Below are positions 26,950 to 37,400 of a stretch of DNA of 52,994 bases, in pieces. How positions within the stretch are numbered: the stretch's first letter is position 1; every line of letters begins with the position of its first letter. Position numbers and translations under genes: made by a program. Below the pieces are notes generated by a model. The model was not told where the DNA came from and searched no databases. It saw nothing but the letters and a program-made list of their open reading frames with translations. Source of the DNA: a virus (taxonomy: Duplodnaviria > Caudoviricetes); the IMG/VR virus record IMGVR_UViG_3300035703_000126, positions 1-52,994 of that record. One strand, written 5' to 3'.

Positions 26950-29127
26950 ATGGCCTGGAAGGGTTTTGGCCGTCCAGCCTTCAACGAGGTGGACCCGGCC
27001 ACGCGGCGGTTTCTGGATCGACTGGCTCGCGCTGTGGAGCTGTGGGCCACGTCGAGCGGCAGTGTCACGATCGGCGACAGCGGCTTGCTGGAAGTCGTCA
27101 TTGATCCAAACGGTCTGCTGGTGAGCACGGCGGATGGGCTGTCGGTCAACGGGATCGGCACGACGGCCCAGGGCGACCTGCTGTATGTGTCGGCGTCCAA
27201 CACCCTGACGGTCCTCAACAAGAGTGCCACCGCCACGCGGTATCTGTCGAACACAGGGACGAACAACAATCCCGCCTGGGCACAGGTAGACCTGACGAAC
27301 GGAGTCAGTGGAACGCTGCCGGTGGCCAACGGCGGAACCGGTTCCGGAACGGCCTTCAACAACAACCGCATTCTGGTGAGTGCAGCCGGAGCAGTGGCGG
27401 AAGCGGCGGCTCTGACGAACGGGCAGTTGCTGATTGGCTCGACCGGTGCGGCTCCAGTGGCGGCCGGGCTGACAGGCACATCGAATCAGATCACCGTCAC
27501 GACAGGGGCGGGTTCGATCACGCTGTCGCTGCCGCAGAACATCCATTCGGCGGCGACTCCAACCTTCACCACGCTGACGTTGAGCCAGACGACGGGCACG
27601 GCTCCGTTGACGATCAGTTCCACCACGCTGGTGACGAACCTGAATGCCGACCTGCTGGATGGTCAGCACGGGTCGTACTATCTGGACTCGGCCAATTTCA
27701 CAGGGACCAACTGGACCGATCTGACGGACGGAGGAGCATCCACGCTCCACAAGCACGATCACGGGGGGCAGGATGGATTGTCCGACGACGATCACACGCA
27801 GTACGCATTGCTGGCGGGTCGATCGGGCGGGCAGACGCTCATCGGCGGAACGGCGTCTGGCAACGACCTGACGCTGCAGAGCACGTCGAATGCGACGCGA
27901 GGCTCGATCTACTTCGGCACGTTCATGGAGATCAACGAAGCGACGGCGGCGGCGGCGATGGGCGGGGCCGTCATCGCGACCGATTCGATCCTGAGTATCG
28001 GCGGAAATCCAACGCAGGTCACGCGGTACAAGCTGGGATTTGGCGGAGACTACACGAATACTTCCGGATCGCAGGCGGGCGGCATCTTCAACCTGAATGC
28101 CGACCCGGGTTCATCGTCGTCGGCGTCCACATACGGGGCGTGGGGAGAAGGCGGCACTGCGACCGGCAATTCATCTGCATTAACGAGCGCGCTGGCTCTG
28201 GTGGGCGTGCGCGGCGGCGTGCGACATCGCGGAACCGGAACCGTCACTGCGGCAATCACGATGTATGCCGCACCGGTGGCTATTCCCAATGCCGGAGCGA
28301 TCACGACCACCTACGGCGTCTACATCGACAACCAGAGCGTCTCCGGCAAGACAACCACGACGTGGGGGCTGTATCAGGACGACGCGAACGATCTGAACTA
28401 CTTCGAGGGGCATGTCGGCTTCAATGTGACGCCGACAACTCCGATTCACGCGAAGGGTCCGGACAACACCACGATCATGACTCTGGAGTTCGCGGCCACT
28501 CAGGCGAACGTCACCGGCGCGGACACATTCATCGACTTCCGCTCCAGCAGCGGTTCTGAAGGTTCCGTCGCGGGAACCGGAGTCGCGGGAGTGATCGCGT
28601 ACAACACTTTCACCGGCAGCCATTTCACCGTTGTCCGTTCCTCTGATCGAGCGGAACTGCAGCCGCTGATGCTGCTGGAAATCGTGGATGGTCCACTGCC
28701 GACAATGCGGGCGCACAAGCAGCAGCGACGCTTTCAGGTGCAGAAGACAGACCGCGACACAGGGGAGACCTGGGTTGAGGATCGCATTGAGGAGTATGAG
28801 GCGAAGGCGGCCGACAAGCCGCACCTGTTCCGAACGCGGATCTGCAGGACTCGAAAAAGCAAGGCGGCGATCGGCGTGTTTGGAGGAACGGACAAGGAGG
28901 GCCGGGACATGGTGCTGTGCATGGGCACGGCTCCGGGCCTGGTGACGAACACCGGGAAGGATATTGAGATCGGCGACCTGCTGTGCTCGTCGGATGTGCC
29001 TGGTCATCTGGAGATTCAGGGCGACGACATTCTGCGATCAACGACGATTGCGAAGGCGACTCAGACGGTAAAGTGGCAGGCGGGCGAAACGTCGCGGCGA
29101 GTGAACCTGATTTTTGTCAGCGGCTGA
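26950..29127 (+). CDS. tail fibre/spike with putative C-terminal chaperone or autocleavage domain
   Basis: GTLPVANGGTG, LNADLLDG and GLSDDDHTQY fibre motifs; YNTFTGSH...IGDLLCSS..G..Q.DDILRS.TIAKA. Confidence 0.8.
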   Translation: MAWKGFGRPAFNEVDPATRRFLDRLARAVELWATSSGSVTIGDSGLLEVVIDPNGLLVSTADGLSVNGIGTTAQGDLLYVSASNTLTVLNKSATATRYLSNTGTNNNPAWAQVDLTNGVSGTLPVANGGTGSGTAFNNNRILVSAAGAVAEAAALTNGQLLIGSTGAAPVAAGLTGTSNQITVTTGAGSITLSLPQNIHSAATPTFTTLTLSQTTGTAPLTISSTTLVTNLNADLLDGQHGSYYLDSANFTGTNWTDLTDGGASTLHKHDHGGQDGLSDDDHTQYALLAGRSGGQTLIGGTASGNDLTLQSTSNATRGSIYFGTFMEINEATAAAAMGGAVIATDSILSIGGNPTQVTRYKLGFGGDYTNTSGSQAGGIFNLNADPGSSSSASTYGAWGEGGTATGNSSALTSALALVGVRGGVRHRGTGTVTAAITMYAAPVAIPNAGAITTTYGVYIDNQSVSGKTTTTWGLYQDDANDLNYFEGHVGFNVTPTTPIHAKGPDNTTIMTLEFAATQANVTGADTFIDFRSSSGSEGSVAGTGVAGVIAYNTFTGSHFTVVRSSDRAELQPLMLLEIVDGPLPTMRAHKQQRRFQVQKTDRDTGETWVEDRIEEYEAKAADKPHLFRTRICRTRKSKAAIGVFGGTDKEGRDMVLCMGTAPGLVTNTGKDIEIGDLLCSSDVPGHLEIQGDDILRSTTIAKATQTVKWQAGETSRRVNLIFVSG

Positions 29128-29194
29128 TGCGGCGCGGGATTGCTGGTGAGCGGAAAGATAGGGACAATTCCAGCGGGAGTTCACGGAGGGAATA

Positions 29195-29833
29195 ATGGCT
29201 ACTCGCGACGAAGTCCTGCAGATGCTGCAGCAGATTTCCGCATCCAACGCCCAGCGCGCCGCAGATGTCAGCACCTATGCTCCACAAGCATTGAATGTCG
29301 GGCAGCGATACACGCCGCGTGGAAACCTGTTCGTGTCAACTCCTGGGTACACACAGGCGGCCCAGGCGTCTCAAGCAGCCGCGACGAACCTGGCAAATGC
29401 GAAGACGCAACTGCGTGCGCCGGCGCAGTATATAGACCCGACATTTTCAATCAGCCTTCCATCATGGTTGCAACTTAGCACTGTCACACCAAGCCAGTAT
29501 CAACTAAACCCGAATGCGTATATCCAAAACCCAAACTACGCAGCGGATCTAAAGGCTTACAACGACGCGCGTTCGGGAGCGGACGCAATTCTGGCGGCAC
29601 GCACAGGCAATCTGGCGCAGGCGTCGCAATACGAACGGCAGTTGAAGCGAGGCGCTCAGGATGTCCGGTCGCAGGAATCCCGCGCTCAGCAGATACCAGC
29701 ACTGAAGCAGATGGCCGTTGATCGTGTCCGGTCTGCAATGGCGCAGCGCAATCAGACCCCGAAAGAGCTTCAGGTGCCAGGTGCGGACTCTCTGAGTCTG
29801 GACGCCCTTCTTGCAATGAGTGGAGGCAAATAA
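29195..29833 (+). CDS. putative internal virion/ejection protein
   Basis: Q/A-rich; GGAGGG RBS; position after the fibre gene. Confidence 0.55.
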   Translation: MATRDEVLQMLQQISASNAQRAADVSTYAPQALNVGQRYTPRGNLFVSTPGYTQAAQASQAAATNLANAKTQLRAPAQYIDPTFSISLPSWLQLSTVTPSQYQLNPNAYIQNPNYAADLKAYNDARSGADAILAARTGNLAQASQYERQLKRGAQDVRSQESRAQQIPALKQMAVDRVRSAMAQRNQTPKELQVPGADSLSLDALLAMSGGK

Positions 29834-30195
29834 TGGCCGGAATGTCAATGTCGTCCAGTGGTGGTGGCGGATCAGGATTGCTCGGCTTACTGGACGACGC
29901 ATACGGAACATGGGAATACGAAACAATGGGTCCAGAGCGGGGAAGGCGAATGCCCAGCGGCAGGAAGGCCGCCGCTGCGGAGATGCTGTTCAGGCAGCAC
30001 AGCGACCTTGATCTGGAAGAACGCCGTAACAGATTGAAGATGATTCAGGCTGCCCTTCAGTCGCTCGGCCTCGACAATCAACTGAAGCGCCAGTTGCAGT
30101 TTGGAGCGGCAACGCCGGTCACTCCAGCTCCACGCGCAGAGATTCCAACCGCATTTCAGGCTCCGCCTCCGCCCGCCGCTAACATGAGAAGGTAA
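29833..30195 (+). CDS. putative internal virion protein
   Basis: TAATG coupling; GGAGG RBS. Confidence 0.55.
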   Translation: MAGMSMSSSGGGGSGLLGLLDDAYGTWEYETMGPERGRRMPSGRKAAAAEMLFRQHSDLDLEERRNRLKMIQAALQSLGLDNQLKRQLQFGAATPVTPAPRAEIPTAFQAPPPPAANMRR

Positions 30196-30199
30196 CAGC

Positions 30200-32473
30200 A
30201 TGGCTCTTGCCGTAACCTCACCGACGTTACCGCAGTTCGGAACCAGTCCGACACCGGTGAATACGTTCGGACCGCAGTTACCCAAATACATCAGCCCAGG
30301 CGGAACAACGTCGAACCCGCTTGTGCCGAACCAGAATCCACTCGGCACATCAGCCACGATCAACTCCACCGGGACCGGCATCACGACGCAGGGCACTGGA
30401 ATCATTGGTGCAATGCAGCGCGTCGGGTACGGAACGGGAACGGCATACACGCAGCCGGAAAGAGACCGGCAGATTCGAGCGGCCGAGTTGATGCTGGCCA
30501 TGCAGAACGCTTACGGAGCCGGAACGGCGAACCGTGAGAATCTGATGCGCCAGATTCAATCCGTACACGACGCGCGGATTCCAGACCTGCTGAACCGCAA
30601 TGCGTCGTTGGGGCAGAACGTCCTCAACACCTACGCCACCGGAGCGAATCAGGTGGCCGGCGACTGGGACACTCGTGCGACCGGCGCGAATCAGGCACTG
30701 GCGGATGCGGGCCAGACGGCGATCGACAAGATGATCACCGCCTACAACAGCAGCGGACCGACTGGCCTGAACAGGATGGCGGGCGACCGCGAGACGAACA
30801 TCAACAACCTGATGGCGTTGATTCAGCAGGCGCAGGGCAATCGCACATCCGCCGTGCAGGGCCTGCAGGGCGGCATTGAATCCGGCTACGACACCCGGGC
30901 GCAGAACCTGGGTACATCGCAGGCGGGAATCAACACCGGCTACGGAACCAGAGAGGCGGACCTGACCGGAGCGTACACGGGACCGGCAGGCGTGAATGCC
31001 GGCTACGGCAATCTGCAGTCGCAGATCGGGAACCTGTATTCCGGGACCGGCGGAATCCTCGGCCAGCTCGATTCGCGAACGACCGATCTGACCGGGCGGT
31101 ACGACCAGACGCTGACCGGCTACGGTAACCGCGCGGCAACGCTGGGAACCGACTACTCGCCGATCAACACTGGTTACGGCAATCGCGCGACGACACTCGG
31201 CACGGATTACTCTCCAATCAACACCGGTTACGAAGGGCGAACGGCGACGCTGGGAGCGGATTACGATCCGATCACGGCTGGATTCAACACGCTGGCGTCG
31301 GACTTGAACACGTCCTACGGCGGCGTCGAAAGCGGGTATCAGAACCGCGTCGGCGAGTTGACGGGGCTGCTGGATCTGTCCGGCCGGGAAGCCGGCGAGC
31401 GAATCGGGCAGCAGTTCGATCGGGCCGGAGCGAAAGCAACCTCCAGTCTGGCCTCACGCGGGCTGACGAACACAACCGTGACAGACTCTGTGCAGCGAGG
31501 CATCAACGAGGACCGCAGCCGGGAACTGCGAGGCCTCGAAGAGCAATTGCGGGCACAGGAACTCGGACTCCGGCAGACGCTGGGTGGGGAAGCTCTGGCG
31601 GCTCAGGAGCGGGGAATCGCCGCTCGGCAGCAGGCTGGCGCGCAGACGCTGGGGGCGATGGAACGGGAGGCCGGTCTGCGTCAGGCCGCGCTCGGCGATC
31701 AGTTGTCAGCACGGGAACGCGAAGCAGCAATGCGCCAGTCCGCCCTGGGGGATCAGCTTTCCGCACGCGAGCGGGAAGCGGCGATGCGCCAGTCCGCTCT
31801 TGGCGACCAGCTGTCCGCCAGCGAACGAGCGATCGGGCTGCGGCAGCAGACAACCGGGGACCGTATTGCGGCCGGAGAACGAGCGGCCGGAATTCAGCAG
31901 GATCTTGGCCTGCAAGGTCTGTCGGCACGGGAGCGCGGCATCGGTCTTCAGCAGCAGGTCAGCGGAGACACGCTGGCGGCGCGGGAACGCGGACAGGCTG
32001 TTACGGATGCCGCGAATCTCGATCTGCTTCAACAGCGGGCGCAGGGGCGGGACATCACCTCCGGCCTTCTGGCAGATCAGATTTCCCAGCAGAACCGCAA
32101 CGCGGACGTGGCCAGCCAACTGTCTCAGGACAAGATCGACATGCGGCGGCAGGGCACGCTTGATGAACTGGCTCAGCGTGAACGCACGCGGCAGGAGCAG
32201 GCTCAGCAGCGTCAGGCCTACGATCAGGCGTGGCTTGGGTTCGCCGGTCAGACTCCGGAACGGATGGCACAACTGGCGGAACAGCAGCGGGCCACGGACA
32301 CGGCACTGGCTCGCGATCTGACCGGGCAGCGGCTGGACTTCATGAACCAGAGCCTGTTGAACCGTGACTATCCCAGCCTCAACGAGTTGTACAACCTGGC
32401 GATTCAGGCCGGGTCTGACGTGCCGTATCCGGTTCAGTCATCTGGCGGCGGACTCGCCAGCCTGCTGGGCTGA
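30200..32473 (+). CDS. ejection protein with two 18-aa repeat arrays
   Basis: G/Q/A-rich; central SRGLTNTTV; repeats PINTGYGNRATTLGTDYS and MRQSALGDQLSAREREAA. Confidence 0.7.
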   Translation: MALAVTSPTLPQFGTSPTPVNTFGPQLPKYISPGGTTSNPLVPNQNPLGTSATINSTGTGITTQGTGIIGAMQRVGYGTGTAYTQPERDRQIRAAELMLAMQNAYGAGTANRENLMRQIQSVHDARIPDLLNRNASLGQNVLNTYATGANQVAGDWDTRATGANQALADAGQTAIDKMITAYNSSGPTGLNRMAGDRETNINNLMALIQQAQGNRTSAVQGLQGGIESGYDTRAQNLGTSQAGINTGYGTREADLTGAYTGPAGVNAGYGNLQSQIGNLYSGTGGILGQLDSRTTDLTGRYDQTLTGYGNRAATLGTDYSPINTGYGNRATTLGTDYSPINTGYEGRTATLGADYDPITAGFNTLASDLNTSYGGVESGYQNRVGELTGLLDLSGREAGERIGQQFDRAGAKATSSLASRGLTNTTVTDSVQRGINEDRSRELRGLEEQLRAQELGLRQTLGGEALAAQERGIAARQQAGAQTLGAMEREAGLRQAALGDQLSAREREAAMRQSALGDQLSAREREAAMRQSALGDQLSASERAIGLRQQTTGDRIAAGERAAGIQQDLGLQGLSARERGIGLQQQVSGDTLAARERGQAVTDAANLDLLQQRAQGRDITSGLLADQISQQNRNADVASQLSQDKIDMRRQGTLDELAQRERTRQEQAQQRQAYDQAWLGFAGQTPERMAQLAEQQRATDTALARDLTGQRLDFMNQSLLNRDYPSLNELYNLAIQAGSDVPYPVQSSGGGLASLLG

Positions 32474-32499
32474 TACACCTGTAAAACAAAGGCAGAGCA

Positions 32500-34449
32500 A
32501 TGCCAGTCCGCTTTCTGGATTCGAGCGTCACGTCGCTTCTCAGTGCGCTGATGAGGGACAGCGGCGTGGATCTTGGCTCCCAGCCGCGATGGTCAAACTC
32601 AACGTCGTTTTACGGTTCTGATCGCTTGCCGATGGCGGCGCCACCTTCAAATGCAATCGCACCTCAGAACGATTATTCGCCGGAAGCACGACAGAGACGG
32701 GCGGCAGCCGCGCAGCAAATGGCTCTCCAGCAGATGGATATGGAGCTGCAGGCGGCGCGAATCGCCAACGCGCAGGCAGAAACAGCCCAGCGAGCGGCCC
32801 TGATGGCGCAGCCGAGAACTGGAGGTGGAGTCGGCGGATCAGCAGGAATGATGGCTGGTACGCAGAAGCCGATGACTCCGGCCGAGTACCGGACGATGTA
32901 CGACCGGGCGGTTGAGAAGCAGCAGTCACAGGCCAATCAACTGAGAGCACGACTGCGTGCTGGTCAGATCAGTCCGGAGATGATTAAGCAGCAGGGCTTC
33001 GATGTTCTTGAGCGTCCCGCAAACGATGAAGACGTAAACGCCGGGCAGGTTGATGCTATTCGCAATGGCGTAGCGTACCGCTACGACCTGTTTCCATTGG
33101 GCGGTGATGCTGCGATCAATCGACTGATGCAGGATGAATTGCGGGCGTATCAAAACTTCATCTCTGGAGGAAATCCAGAGGCCGTCAATCCTCCTGATAT
33201 CGTGAACCAGCCACAGCCTCCCGGCCAGCCGGGCGGCATTCAAGTTCCGCAACCGCCGGCTCCGCCGGGACCGCAGCCGCCTCCAGAGCAGGCTCAGTTT
33301 CAGCAGCGGCGGCAGGCCTGGCAGCAGATGGTCGAAGCAGCCGACGCGGAAGGAAAGGAGTTCACGCCGCAGCAGCAGGCGACGCTCAAGACGCTGGACC
33401 AGCAGGAAGCTCAAATCCTTAAAGACCCACGACTCAGCGGCACGGACCGCAACCGGGCGCTGCTGTTCATTCAGGAAGCCAGGGAGCGACTGACTCCCGA
33501 TCAGAAGAAGATGACCCCGCAGCGGGTGTATCAGGAAAAGGTTATGGAGTTGCCGGACGGCAACAAGGTCACGGTGAACCAGCACGGTCAGCCGGAGATC
33601 ATGATGCCGCCGGCGGACAGCGTGCAGAGACGCGAGCGGGAACTGGACTCGAACATCCGCAATTCCGCGATGGTCGAATGGCAGAAGCTGCTGGACCGTG
33701 GATTCGACGCGGCTCAGGCCACCGCGATCATCGAAGACTTGTTCAAGATTGAGCTGCCGCTTCAGATGCGGTCCGCCCCGCCGTTGCCTGCACCGACTCA
33801 GAGCCAGCCGGCGCCCGCACCGGCCGCGATGCCGGAATCATCTCCGACTGCACCTGGAATGCCGATTCGCCGGCAGACGCTGATGCGATCGGACATGAGC
33901 GGCGTGCCGATCGAAGTGGATCGCATGGCAGTTCAACAGCAGGGAGAAATGCCGCCGGATGTCGCACAGTACATCAACGAAATGATGCAGCGGCCGACTG
34001 CCGGCATTGGCGGTCCGCAGCCGGGCATGGCCCCCGTGATTACGGATGTCGAAGCGGCAATGCGTGCCCGGCCGGCTCCCGCGTCGATCGGAGGTCCGAT
34101 GGGAGTTCCGCAGTCCGCCGTGGAAAGCGCGGTCGGAATCAACCGCAGCGCGCCGATGCCGCCGGCTGGTGCGAGACCGGGAATGCTGAATGACGGCACG
34201 GACCCGTTCGCTCCGAAGACCGATCCTTACGCGAACATGCCGGCCGACCTGCAGGAACTCGGCCGCATGAAGGACACATTCAAGCAGTTCCGGGACGAAA
34301 CGCGGGACCGTCCAATCCGAAAAGCGGCGGCAGACCTGTTCAATCTGAAGAAGAAGATCGCGGCGGGGCAGAAGCTGACTCCGCAGGACATGCAGGTGCG
34401 CGACCGGGCCGTTGAGTTTCTCATGAATGAGGGAGTGCTGTCGCCATGA
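32500..34449 (+). CDS. ejection protein, Q/P-rich
   Basis: Low complexity; precedes the giant protein with ATGA coupling. Confidence 0.65.
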   Translation: MPVRFLDSSVTSLLSALMRDSGVDLGSQPRWSNSTSFYGSDRLPMAAPPSNAIAPQNDYSPEARQRRAAAAQQMALQQMDMELQAARIANAQAETAQRAALMAQPRTGGGVGGSAGMMAGTQKPMTPAEYRTMYDRAVEKQQSQANQLRARLRAGQISPEMIKQQGFDVLERPANDEDVNAGQVDAIRNGVAYRYDLFPLGGDAAINRLMQDELRAYQNFISGGNPEAVNPPDIVNQPQPPGQPGGIQVPQPPAPPGPQPPPEQAQFQQRRQAWQQMVEAADAEGKEFTPQQQATLKTLDQQEAQILKDPRLSGTDRNRALLFIQEARERLTPDQKKMTPQRVYQEKVMELPDGNKVTVNQHGQPEIMMPPADSVQRRERELDSNIRNSAMVEWQKLLDRGFDAAQATAIIEDLFKIELPLQMRSAPPLPAPTQSQPAPAPAAMPESSPTAPGMPIRRQTLMRSDMSGVPIEVDRMAVQQQGEMPPDVAQYINEMMQRPTAGIGGPQPGMAPVITDVEAAMRARPAPASIGGPMGVPQSAVESAVGINRSAPMPPAGARPGMLNDGTDPFAPKTDPYANMPADLQELGRMKDTFKQFRDETRDRPIRKAAADLFNLKKKIAAGQKLTPQDMQVRDRAVEFLMNEGVLSP

Positions 34450-37400
34450 GCAGGCTGAGTCTGTCCGGTCTGGCGGATCTGTATCCGGAACGACAGCAGG
34501 GGCAACCAGCCCGCGATTACCGGATGCAGCCGCAGCCGGGTGGCAGGCCGTTGTCCGTGGGTGGCTATGACCTCGTGTCGCCGGACATGCGTGACACGGC
34601 CGCGCAGGACGCCGCGATTGCCGAACAGGCTCGTCGCGCGGATGCACAGCAAAAGGAACTGGATCGACTGTCCTGGTGGGAGCGGTTCAAGAACATTGGG
34701 GCACGACTCGGCGCCGGCATGAACCCGGACGCTCAGGTGTCACCGGCGGAAATGCCGCTGCCCGATCCGCAGGCAGAAGCCGCGCGAATCATGGAAGAGC
34801 AGCGGAAGGAGCAGGTCCGGAAGTCGAGTCCGTACTACCAGCAGGCGTTGATCGAACTGCAGGCGGAAGACCGGCTGAAACGGCTTGATGCTCAGTACCA
34901 GCGTGAAGCGGATGAGCGGCTCAAGGGCGTCGGACTGCCGCGCATCGGTCTGCGTCCCGGCCAGCAGCCGCCCACGATGGGCCAGGCGATGGCGGAGGAG
35001 ATCGCTCAACGGACCCGCGAGGACCGGGCACGGGAGTCCGGCTATCAGTACGAGACCGGGGCACTGGCGGAAGACCCGTTTGGACGCACTCAGATGCGTT
35101 CCGGAACGCCCGGAGAGAGTCCGCAGTATCCTTTGCTGCGTGACATCGGCATGGGGCTGAGAAACGCTGGCGGTGCTCTCGGCTCTGTGGCGCTCCGGAT
35201 GTTCGGATCGGACGATCTGGCGAATCAGGCGCAGGCCTACATTGAAGGCCAGCGGATGCGTCAGGAGCAGGAACGAACCGGCGACCGATTTCCGTCCATG
35301 ACTCGTGCAGCGGCAGGAGCTACGGAGTCGGCGGCAACGCTTCTCGGAGCCAGTGCTGTCGGCGGGATGCCGGCCGTGATCGCCACCTACGGCGCGGAGG
35401 CCTTCGATCAGGGGCTGTACGACGCGAAGCAGGCCGGGCTGGTTGGAAACGACCAGTTGCGCTACGCAGCCGGCGAGGCGGCCATTGCGAGCCTTGTGTC
35501 GCCGATCATGGATCGACTCGGCATGTCCGGCGTTGAGAAGGCGGCGATGGCACAGCGCGTCGCCAATCGGACGATGCGGAATGCCTTCGGAAACCTGGCA
35601 AAGACGGAGGCCGGTGAATTTGGTCAGGAGCTTCTGGAGCTGTCGCTGTCGTCCGCATTGCAGGCGGAAACCGGCGTCGATCCGCAGGCACTGGAACTCA
35701 GCACGTTCATGCCGCGAGTGGCTGATACGGCTTTGACGACGATGCTGACAGTCGGCGCCGTCGAGTCCCCGAACATTGCAGCGGCAGTGGATCGGTTCAT
35801 CCGCGAGCCAAGCCGGAAGAACTACGCCGGCCTGCCGGAGGAAATCCGCGCGCCGCTGGGCGACACCGTGAAGTCCTCGGCGGACCGGCAGCGACTGGCC
35901 GAACAACTGATCGCGAATCAGACGCCGCCGCAAACGGAACCGCTTGAAACCGCTCGAAACCGCTCGAAACCGGAGGAAGCACTTCAGCCCGGCGTTACTT
36001 CGCCGCCGGGACCGTCCGCCGGGAGTCCTCAGCTACCGATGGGGACTCCCGGTGTCCAACCAGAAGATCAAGGCGTCCCGTCTCAGGTTCCAGTTCTCAG
36101 TCCCGGAGAGGAGGTGATCGTTGATGAAGAGCGGATGCAAAGGGGGCCGGAAGGGCGGCAAAGGGAAGTAGTCGCGCCACCGGTTCCCGATCCGACAGAG
36201 CAGGCCGGCGGCATCCCCGTCGCCGCCGAGCCTGCTGCTGCTCCTGCTGAAACAGCTCCCGCGCAATGGATGCTGACTCCGGAAGACACTGCGATCGCTG
36301 AGAGGGCTATTCGCGACGTGATCAGGGCTGGCAAGCCGCGCATCCAGGACGCGGATGTCGATGATCTGACCGGCAAGGTTCTCGATGTTGTCGCGACGCA
36401 GTTTTCTCCGGAGCGTGGGAACCTGCGAAACTACGCGCGGAAACTTGCGAAGAATGCCCGAACGACCTTCATGCGAGAGCGGCAGCGCGGTCCTGAGCAG
36501 ATGCCGGAAGGTGTTACCGATTCTGGTGCAGTCGATCCGGCGATCGAGGCGCAGATCAACGAACGCGCCCGGGCGGAAGGCATCGACATCAACGTGCCGG
36601 AAGTCCCCGATGTGCCGCAGGTCGGCAACGCGCCGCCACAGCCAGATCCCGGACAGGCGGCAACGGACATGCCGAAGATCAGGGCCAACAACGTATGGGT
36701 CGGACAATCCGGTCCCGTGCGGATCAACAGCACCAAAGGCGGACTGGTGACATTCAAACCCGTTGGCGCCGCAGGGGAACCGCAGACCCTTCCGGAGAAT
36801 GAGTTCCGCCAGCAGTACACTCCACGCGGAGCGACCCAGCCACCAGCCCAACCCGTCGAACCAGTCACGACTGAAAGACCGCTGTATGACCGAGCGGTTG
36901 ACTTTGCTGTCGGCAAAGGTGTCGTGAGCACTGGAATGCTGCAAAGGGAGTTTGGACTCGGATACACCGGCGCGGCACAACTGATCGACCAGATGACAGA
37001 CTCTGGCGTGATCGCCCCATCAACCGGAGCGCAGGAGCGAAAGGTATTGCTGACTTCAGCACCGCAGGCAGTCGCTCCACCAGCACAACCTTCCGTGCCG
37101 CCCACAGAGCAGCCGCAACAGGCAGGACTGCAAACGCCTTCCCCGCAACCGGTGGACACGATCGCCGGCCGGATGGATCTGACTGAGTTCGAGACGAAGG
37201 GGTACGCGCCGGAGCAGGTCACGCGGCAGGACTGGATCAACCTGCAGAGGGCTGAGCGTCGTCGGCTGGGGCAGCCGGAAGAATCCGGGACGCAGTACGC
37301 TCCGTTTGCTGACTACGAAGAGTTCCATCGCGACGCTGTCAGGCAGGCAGTCGCGCGCGGCGATGAAGTTGATCCCCAGGTTCTGGCGGACTATCCCGAT

